Shown here piece after piece: positions 56,863 to 64,000 of a DNA stretch of 64,000 nucleotides (positions are counted from its first letter, which is position 1; every line of letters starts with the position of its first letter). The notes under the pieces are model-generated. The model saw nothing but the letters and a program-made list of their open reading frames with translations. It ran no database searches and was not told where the DNA came from. The position numbers and the translations under genes were made by a program. Origin of the DNA: Candidatus Bathyarchaeia archaeon (GTDB lineage Archaea; Thermoproteota; Bathyarchaeia; Bathyarchaeales; Bathycorpusculaceae); the NCBI GenBank assembly GCA_038883775.1, contig JAVZLM010000002.1, forward strand, positions 32,001-96,000, read 5' to 3'.

Positions 56863-59800
56863 ATGAAAGCCCTTAGGAAGATTTCAACCATCATATTGGT
56901 TACAATATTGGTTTTACAGTGCATAGCCATTTTCACGCAGAACGTGGCTTTTGGAAATGCTGAAGACTTCGCCATTAAGAATGTTAATGTTAGGTCTTCT
57001 GTTGATACTGCATACATCTATCCTGGAAGCAGCAGAGTAAACTTGAAAATTGAAGCAGCATACCAGAATGGCACTCCAGCCCAAAACGTGATTGGATGGC
57101 TTAAAACAACTGCAGGTATAGGCTTCAGCTCCCAGAGTGGTTCGTGCTCCCCTGCGAGGCTTCTCAATGGGAGCATAGCAGAAAACGTCACGCTTAACAC
57201 TTATGTAACGTTTGAATATTTACTTGACATAAACAACTCCATCGAACCAAGCAGTTATGAACTTAAACTTAACATAACATACGTTAAAGAGGATAAAGTA
57301 ACATTTGAATTACACTCGATAATCCTGACAATTTCGCCTTATCCCGCAATTTCTTTAAGAGTTGTGAACGCTTATTTTTCGCCAGCTTCTTATCCAGGGT
57401 CTGTTGATACAAACCTTTATGTCGTATTAGAGAATAATGGCAGTTGCGCCATTAACTCGGCGAACTTCAATGTTACGCTTCCAGAAAACTTTACAGTTAA
57501 AAATCCAAGGGCAAACGTTGGATTTGTTGACGTTGGAGACCGTTTCACATTAACGTTTACGGGGATAACCATCCCAGTAAACGCTAGTCTTGGCGCATAC
57601 AGCGTATCCCTTTATGCTGATTGTAGTGCGAGAACAGAGGACGGAGTAACCTACAGCAGCTCAACATCCATCGAAGCTTTAGTTGTTGTAGAGAATCCGC
57701 CTCCAGAAGAACCAATAATAGTTGCAAATGTAAACACGCTTTACAACGGTATTCCAGCGCCGCTACTGCCATCAGCAAGAAACATTGTTTTACGAATCTA
57801 CCTCATTAATAGGCTTCCGGACACCATAAGCGCCATGTCCGTGAACGCCATACTTCCAAGCGGAATCTTTGTCAGAGCCATTTCGGGGACATACATTAAC
57901 GGGATGGCGTCGGGCGGAACATGCTATGTTGACCTAACTTTGGATGTTGAGTCGGAAATCGAAATAGGATTAGAAACGGGCGTTTTGGACATAACCTATT
58001 TGCGAATAGTTTCTGGATCCTCCTTTCTCATGAATCAGATTGTGAGCTTTTCGATAAACGTAGAAAGCGTCCACAGTTATTTATCCGAGTTGGCTTTTGT
58101 TGAGGCTTATTGGGGTTATCCAGATCCAGTGCCCGCTTACTCCACTTCGCGGTATGTGCCTCTGACAATCAGGCTTATCAACAATGGGCGTTTTGATGTT
58201 CATGGTGTTGTTGTAAACGCTTCATCACTGTACCTTATGCCAATAAAAGATTCTGAAGCAAGCGCAACTACGGTTGCCAGCGGAGGATATTGCACAGCAG
58301 TCCTTTACTTTGACATAAACACGGATGCTCCAACCGTTCCGGTGGAAATCCATGTAAATTACATATTTACGGAGTTCGGGGCTCACATCAACGTGTTTAG
58401 GAACTTCACAGCGTCCATGTCGGTTGAGAGTTATCCAGCGTCAAAGAGCATCTTATGGCTTGTTGGTGCTGGATGGCAAAACAACGTAAACGTTTTCCCA
58501 AGAACCAGCAACGCAACTTACCAAATAACCTTGGCGAACAGGTCGCCGTTCTCAATAAGCGGAGTAAACTTAAAGCTGAAACTTCCATCCGGGATGAGTT
58601 CAAAAGGACTTAGCGAAGCAATAGCATATGTAGAAGGACCGCTGAGGAGTCTAGCTACATTCACCGCTTCATTTACAGTTTCAGTCGGCGACGTATCTCC
58701 TGGAAACCATGATGCGGATTTAATTGTTGACTGTATATTGCTTTCCGGCGGACCAGGTGTTAGACGTGTCGAAGAGTTCACGTTACAAATGGGCGTTAAT
58801 GATGACAGATCTGCTTTGGAAGTCGTGGATACAAGATGGTATGAAGGTTCTGTTGGACCAAGCACCTACGGAGCTCACCTAATAATTCTAGTTAGGAACG
58901 TTTATGTTGATGGACTTCATGGCGCTTTACTTAAACTCGAATTGCCAGATGGAATTTACAATTCCGCAGACAATGCAAGTAGTGCTAATGCTGCGCCACT
59001 CTCAGTGCAGTTGCAACTACCACTACAAACGCAGAACCTCGCCGAAATTCTAAACGCCTTCTTAAGCGCTCAACAGGCTAGTCCCGCGCAAGTCTACGGT
59101 AGAGGTGACATTTTAACTTTCATGTTCAGCTTTAACCTTTTCGATGTAGAAGTGAGAAATTACATATTTGATGGAAAGCTTTCTTACATTGATGCTTGGA
59201 ACGGCAACAGAGAAATTTCTTTGGCAATTCCAGTTGCGGTGCTTGGTAAGGCGGGATACATCGCCTTAATCATGGATGAAAGCATCAGCGTGAGAAGTCG
59301 CTATGTCAACACTTCGCTTACGCTGGTGAATCATGGCAGCTCGCCAGTTTACGACGCTTACGTTGTTGTTTCGCCTTATCAAGGAATGCCAATTCTAATA
59401 GCATCGCCGATGGTTAACTACGTTGAAAAGATACTTCCCGAAGAAAGCCTCCAAATTCCTTTATCACTAGCTTATAATCCTCTTGGCTTTTATTCACAAA
59501 CTGGCGGAGTTCCCTCAATAACTTATGGCCCAGTCCCCCTTATAATATCAATCTTTTATAGAGACTCTTGCGGCTACTCTCAAGTATTCAACAATTCAAT
59601 AGTTGTGGTTGTTGAGCCTTTTATAGACATTATAATAAGAAATGTTAGAGCAACAGGCACAAATGCATCATCCACGGTGACCGGGATTATCGTTAATTAT
59701 GGGTCCTCAACAGCCTATCGTGTCGAGGCAGAACTAAAAATTGGCGAAACCACAGAATCCTCTTTTATAGGCGACGTCGACCCAGGTTCAGAAGTAGCCT

Positions 59801-60060
59801 TCAGAGTGGACATAAACAAGTATGCAAGCTCTGCCATTTTAACAGTGAAATACTACGACGTGTTCAACAAGTTGGAGTCAAAACAGATAAATGTCAACGT
59901 AACGTTACAAGAAGCGCTTGTGCCTCCACAAACTCCAGCCGAGCAACTCCAAATTGAAAAATGGATTATTGTGGTCGGCGTGCTTGTCTTTCTAGCGGTG
60001 TCGACTGTTTTAATTTATAGAATGGCAAAGAAAACGAAAATCGAAAGTAGCAGCTCTTGA
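56863..60060 (+). CDS. COG1361-like multi-Ig-domain S-layer-type membrane protein
   Basis: Signal peptide, repeated PG...L.V.L.N.G Ig-like units, C-terminal TM; lies between ABC ATPase and permease. Confidence 0.78.
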   Translation: MKALRKISTIILVTILVLQCIAIFTQNVAFGNAEDFAIKNVNVRSSVDTAYIYPGSSRVNLKIEAAYQNGTPAQNVIGWLKTTAGIGFSSQSGSCSPARLLNGSIAENVTLNTYVTFEYLLDINNSIEPSSYELKLNITYVKEDKVTFELHSIILTISPYPAISLRVVNAYFSPASYPGSVDTNLYVVLENNGSCAINSANFNVTLPENFTVKNPRANVGFVDVGDRFTLTFTGITIPVNASLGAYSVSLYADCSARTEDGVTYSSSTSIEALVVVENPPPEEPIIVANVNTLYNGIPAPLLPSARNIVLRIYLINRLPDTISAMSVNAILPSGIFVRAISGTYINGMASGGTCYVDLTLDVESEIEIGLETGVLDITYLRIVSGSSFLMNQIVSFSINVESVHSYLSELAFVEAYWGYPDPVPAYSTSRYVPLTIRLINNGRFDVHGVVVNASSLYLMPIKDSEASATTVASGGYCTAVLYFDINTDAPTVPVEIHVNYIFTEFGAHINVFRNFTASMSVESYPASKSILWLVGAGWQNNVNVFPRTSNATYQITLANRSPFSISGVNLKLKLPSGMSSKGLSEAIAYVEGPLRSLATFTASFTVSVGDVSPGNHDADLIVDCILLSGGPGVRRVEEFTLQMGVNDDRSALEVVDTRWYEGSVGPSTYGAHLIILVRNVYVDGLHGALLKLELPDGIYNSADNASSANAAPLSVQLQLPLQTQNLAEILNAFLSAQQASPAQVYGRGDILTFMFSFNLFDVEVRNYIFDGKLSYIDAWNGNREISLAIPVAVLGKAGYIALIMDESISVRSRYVNTSLTLVNHGSSPVYDAYVVVSPYQGMPILIASPMVNYVEKILPEESLQIPLSLAYNPLGFYSQTGGVPSITYGPVPLIISIFYRDSCGYSQVFNNSIVVVVEPFIDIIIRNVRATGTNASSTVTGIIVNYGSSTAYRVEAELKIGETTESSFIGDVDPGSEVAFRVDINKYASSAILTVKYYDVFNKLESKQINVNVTLQEALVPPQTPAEQLQIEKWIIVVGVLVFLAVSTVLIYRMAKKTKIESSSS

Positions 60061-61289
60061 AAGCGTGTGTGAACTTAATGCTCGTTGACTTTGTTAGGTT
60101 GTCATTGAAAGCCTTAAGCGAAAGGAAAACCAGGGCAACCCTCACCATAATAGGAATAGCTATCGGTCCACTAATGCTTGTCATGATGAGTTCTGTTGTT
60201 GGAAGCTATTCAAAATACATAGTTGAAAGGGTCACATCTTTGGGTCAAAACGCCATCGCTATTTTCCCTACTGAAAATTATCAGTTAGATGATGAAGACC
60301 TGGATTATATCAGAGCAATTTCAATGATCAAAAGAGCCGAGCCGTTCTATAATACGCCAGGGGTTTTAAAAAGGGGGAATGAGGAGCTTAAAGTGTCAAT
60401 ATTTGCTGTAAACTATAATTTGCTTTTTGAGGCGATAGGAAGTCTAGAAATCGCAGAAGGTGAAATTCCCCCAGAATCCAACATAATATACTCAATTATA
60501 GGAACAAAAATAGCCAATAAAGATAATGTAAAATATTTCAGTTTAGAAGACGTTTTGACGCTAACCATACCAAAAATTGAAGGTGGAAAAATAACTGGCA
60601 AAAAAACCATAAACGTGATTGCCGGAGCCATCCTCAAAGAATACGGCGGTGCTCTAATTGTTGACCCAGATTCAACGGTTTTTATGTGTTTAGAATCTGG
60701 AAGAAGACTTTTAGGGTTAAGTAAATGGTCTGGAATCCTCGTTCTGGTGGACAACCCAGCAAATGTAAAGCCCACTGTTTCAACTTTAAGGCAGCATTAC
60801 GAGGAGAAAGTGCAGATAATCGCCTTCAGCTCAATCGCTGAAGCCATATCCAGCGTAACTAGAGCAATAGACTTCATAAACTTCTCCACATCGCTTTCAG
60901 CATTTGCCGTAGCAGTGGCTGGAGTAGCAGCTACGATGATAACGTCTGTGATGGAACGTACAAAAGAAATAGGAGTTATGAAAGCCATAGGCTACAGGAA
61001 TGGGCAAATTCTTCTCTTAATACTAATGGAGTCAATAGTTATGAGTCTAGTCGGTGGGGCAGCGGGAATATCAATGGGCGTGGTAGGCGCCTATATCCTT
61101 TCATCAAGAGGATTTACGATAGGCGGCATAGGCGAAAGCGGAATTGCCTTACGACTAAGCCCACTGATAACACCATACCTAATAATTCAAACACTAACAC
61201 TCACAATCCTGATAGGATTAGCCGGCGGAGTCCTCCCAGCATACAGAGCATCAAAAATACCGCCAGTAGTAGCCCTGAGATATGAATAG
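60057..61289 (+). CDS. ABC transporter permease (FtsX/MacB type)
   Basis: RATLTIIGIAIG, SVMERTKEIGVMKAIG, PAYRASKIPPVVALRYE. Confidence 0.93.
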   Translation: MKACVNLMLVDFVRLSLKALSERKTRATLTIIGIAIGPLMLVMMSSVVGSYSKYIVERVTSLGQNAIAIFPTENYQLDDEDLDYIRAISMIKRAEPFYNTPGVLKRGNEELKVSIFAVNYNLLFEAIGSLEIAEGEIPPESNIIYSIIGTKIANKDNVKYFSLEDVLTLTIPKIEGGKITGKKTINVIAGAILKEYGGALIVDPDSTVFMCLESGRRLLGLSKWSGILVLVDNPANVKPTVSTLRQHYEEKVQIIAFSSIAEAISSVTRAIDFINFSTSLSAFAVAVAGVAATMITSVMERTKEIGVMKAIGYRNGQILLLILMESIVMSLVGGAAGISMGVVGAYILSSRGFTIGGIGESGIALRLSPLITPYLIIQTLTLTILIGLAGGVLPAYRASKIPPVVALRYE

Positions 61290-61385
61290 TAAAATTAAAA
61301 ATCTATCGATGCTGTTATCTAAAAGGAAGTTCATGATTATGTGCTTGCAGAACAAGCTAACGGCACAGCTTTTATAACTTCACTT

Positions 61386-62567
61386 TTAGATTCCAAACAG
61401 CATGCTCACTAGAAATATGTCAACAAAATAAGATAAAGTTCCTATGAAAAAGCTTTTTGTCCAAGAAAACTGAGTTAGCGATTGAGTGGCAATCACGCAT
61501 AATCCCATAGTCCATAAGTATATAGCTATTTGGACGTACCAGTAAATTTGATTGAGAAGCCAAATATCCTCTAACAATTTGGCGATGGCATTCTCTGCTT
61601 CTCCATTAACGCCGCCGAGCAAATCGAAACCATAATAAAGCGTTGGCAAATTTGAGAAGGTTATAGCGTTTATTGCAGCTTGTATAAACATGGTTATAAG
61701 TGTGAATCCAATCAAAATCAGCGCAGTTTTCCATAAAATTTTTGCTCCAAAAGCCCTAACCAGTATGTAAAATAATCCTCCAAGAATAATCCATTTAATA
61801 ACAAACTGTGTGAAGGCAGAAAACAGAAGACTTAGCATGTCGCTAACAACATTTGTCATGGAAGATTTGAAAATACCTCCAAAAAACAATCCGTCAACCA
61901 ATAAAGTTATGTTCCAGTTTCCACTCCATTTAAACTCTAATTTCAGACCCGTAATATTAGCCCAGCTTGCAGCGACACTATTATTTAACCAGTTTTTCCC
62001 AAGCGGGATTGTTAAGTTATTCCAAACATTGAAAGCGGAGCTCGAAAAATTCTCTGTTAAGTCATAATAAAAGTAATCAGAGGATGTGGACGAAAATAGG
62101 AAGATAGTTACATTTTCTGGGCTTTGCTCGGGACTTGTTCGTTTTATTCTTAAGTATAAAATTTTGTAACCATAAGGTCCAGAGCAGTTTATGTTTCCAA
62201 TATCAGTTAGCTGCATCCAGATTTGGTTGCTATCATTAATGGAGAATTGGATACTTTTAGTTCCGTAGTAGCTTTCGCTTCCGCTTATATAATCGGTGAA
62301 ATTTTCCTCGCGGATTGTTCCATTTGGAGCGGTCCATAAAGTGAAGTTTTCCGTCCACATATCCAATTGTTGTGCCGTTGGCAAAGTCTGTTCAAAATAT
62401 TGTTTAGATAATACGGCGTAGGCAAATCCCACATCTGCTGCGACGAAAAGGATCATTATTAAAATTGGTCCTATATATTTTGGGTTTTGAATTATTTCTT
62501 TAAACGCTTTGTGTGGCGCATATATAACTTTGAATATTCCGTAGGCAAACAATTTTTTGCTCCGCAA
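61386..62567 (-). CDS. Yip1-like membrane protein with a large extracellular beta-domain insert
   Basis: IFKVIYAP.KAFKEI, TM, sequon-rich domain ending LLVDGLFF, then 4 TMs. Confidence 0.7.
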   Translation of the reverse strand: MRSKKLFAYGIFKVIYAPHKAFKEIIQNPKYIGPILIMILFVAADVGFAYAVLSKQYFEQTLPTAQQLDMWTENFTLWTAPNGTIREENFTDYISGSESYYGTKSIQFSINDSNQIWMQLTDIGNINCSGPYGYKILYLRIKRTSPEQSPENVTIFLFSSTSSDYFYYDLTENFSSSAFNVWNNLTIPLGKNWLNNSVAASWANITGLKLEFKWSGNWNITLLVDGLFFGGIFKSSMTNVVSDMLSLLFSAFTQFVIKWIILGGLFYILVRAFGAKILWKTALILIGFTLITMFIQAAINAITFSNLPTLYYGFDLLGGVNGEAENAIAKLLEDIWLLNQIYWYVQIAIYLWTMGLCVIATQSLTQFSWTKSFFIGTLSYFVDIFLVSMLFGI

Positions 62568-62600
62568 CTAAATTTCTTTTAAGTGTTTATTAAGGGTTTG

Positions 62601-64000
62601 CTACATTCCCACTTTCAATCGCCTATAAGTCGTATAATCCACATAGTTCAAGAATGGATTTTCAGCTTGATATTTGACTGTCAGTTTTTGGCGTTTCCGC
62701 TTCTCAAGTATTTGGCTTGTAGTAGTAAGCGAGTAAGCGTCGCTTCCCGCTCCCGAACCGTAACTTATGATGAGAATGCGTTCATCTGGTTTAGCTATGT
62801 CGAGAACAGATGCTAATCCAAGAGGTGAAGAACCAGAGTATGTGTTGCCGAATTTTGCTACTTGAATTGATGGCAGATATTGTTCTTCTCTAAAGCCAAG
62901 TTCTTTGGCAACTTTTATCGGAAATTGAATGTTGGGCTGGTGGGCAACAAAATAATTGATATCTTCAACTTTGAGATTAAGCCTTTCCATAAGCTTTTTT
63001 GCGGCTTTACGGATATGCTTAAAATAGGCTGGTTCTCCCGTGAATCTTCCACCATGCATTGGATAAGGCTCGCCGTCTCTGCGCCAAAAGTCTGGCGTGT
63101 CCGAAGTGCATGAATACCATCCTTCAACCTCAGCAATAACATCATTTTTTCCGAAAATGTAGGCGCATGCACCGAATCCAACGAAGAGGTCTAATTCTCC
63201 GCCTGGGCAGTCTCTTGGAGCGGCTTGGGAATTGTCTGTGCCTATTACCATTGCGTATTGAATGTTTGATTTCGGATAATTAACCAAGGAGGCTGCGTCC
63301 TTGAACATGCTTGTGGCAGCTTTACATGCAAATTCTGTGTCTACAGCATCCACTCCTTGAACGTCTTCGTCTTCCTCGCCGAGTTTCAGAACCTGCGCAA
63401 CTTTTGAGGCTATGGGTTTAACAGCGTAGGGGTTGGATTCTGAGCCCACGTAAATCTTTCCTACAAGGGTGCTGTCTACTCCAGAATGAATTAGGGCGAG
63501 TTTTCCAGCTTCCACAGCCGCCGTTATAGAATCTTCGTCGATGAATGGTACTGAACGTTCCATGTTGCTCTCTTTAATCCTGAATCTTGAAAGGTAAACT
63601 CCATAACCCACTATTCCAGGCGTCTCATACATTTTGTTTGGCTTAACAACATTGTATTCTTGATGTGGATAATATTCATCGGCGAATGTGAAGGCTAAGG
63701 AGATTGTTGGGATTACGTCGCTTCTGTCAACGGAATAGCGTCTCCTAAACCTTGGAACCACTTCCCTTCCTTCAAAAACTGAAAAGTCAATTTCTTCATC
63801 ATCTTTCATTATTTTGTCAGTTAATCTTCCTGGAACGCGGATTTTGCCATTGTGAAAGGAAACAATGCCGTAAACGTATTTTCCAAGTTTTGTGAACTTG
63901 TTTGTGGGTTCGTTGATGAGTGTGCATATTTCAATCTTGCCCTTCTCGTAGAATAGGTCTATGTCAACCATTTTTCCGAAGCTTTTTCTTCCGCAAACTC
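62601..64000 (-). CDS. DUF35 (zinc ribbon/OB)-hydroxymethylglutaryl-CoA synthase fusion, 5'-truncated by the window edge
   Basis: HMGCS motifs GIVGYG.Y, DEDSIT.AVEA, GSES.PYAVKP, EFACKAAT, HQPN, GNTYSG, SYGSGAGSDA; frame stays open upstream of 63971 (VCGRKSFGKM). Confidence 0.9.
   Translation of the reverse strand, partial: VCGRKSFGKMVDIDLFYEKGKIEICTLINEPTNKFTKLGKYVYGIVSFHNGKIRVPGRLTDKIMKDDEEIDFSVFEGREVVPRFRRRYSVDRSDVIPTISLAFTFADEYYPHQEYNVVKPNKMYETPGIVGYGVYLSRFRIKESNMERSVPFIDEDSITAAVEAGKLALIHSGVDSTLVGKIYVGSESNPYAVKPIASKVAQVLKLGEEDEDVQGVDAVDTEFACKAATSMFKDAASLVNYPKSNIQYAMVIGTDNSQAAPRDCPGGELDLFVGFGACAYIFGKNDVIAEVEGWYSCTSDTPDFWRRDGEPYPMHGGRFTGEPAYFKHIRKAAKKLMERLNLKVEDINYFVAHQPNIQFPIKVAKELGFREEQYLPSIQVAKFGNTYSGSSPLGLASVLDIAKPDERILIISYGSGAGSDAYSLTTTSQILEKRKRQKLTVKYQAENPFLNYVDYTTYRRLKVGM

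Noticed and set aside
1-64000. CRISPR array, IS element, provirus or rRNA
   Set aside because: No regularly spaced repeats, transposase, integrase, capsid genes or rRNA-like sequence were seen

Overview
Gene-dense archaeal chromosomal window with no sign of an integrated mobile element. Gene content points to a TACK-lineage archaeon, most likely Bathyarchaeia (inference from aRF1, Rpl14e, Cbf5, archease, TrmY, deoxyhypusine synthase, eukaryote-like topoisomerase IB and H4MPT/F420 C1 genes). It holds about 70 CDSs, five tRNAs (Gln-CTG, Thr-CGT, Pro-TGG, Ser-GGA with a 25-nt intron, Pro-GGG) and three degraded genes. Main finding: cbf5 looks broken in the ORF track but is interrupted by a 26-nt canonical bulge-helix-bulge (BHB) intron (34732-34757) that splits the catalytic Asp codon, i.e. 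a tRNA-type intron in an mRNA. Other signals: a structured ~90-nt leader ahead of a TRAM-OB-TRAM RNA-chaperone-like cluster; a membrane-anchored wHTH regulator with a shared TCGAACAT motif before itself and a surface-protein gene; a DUF35-HMG-CoA synthase fusion; an NAD(P)-type Mtd/FrhB/CofE/Ftr C1 cluster; a tRNA-Thr with a non-canonical T-loop; and two distant paralogous small proteins. All product calls are from motif recognition, not database searches.
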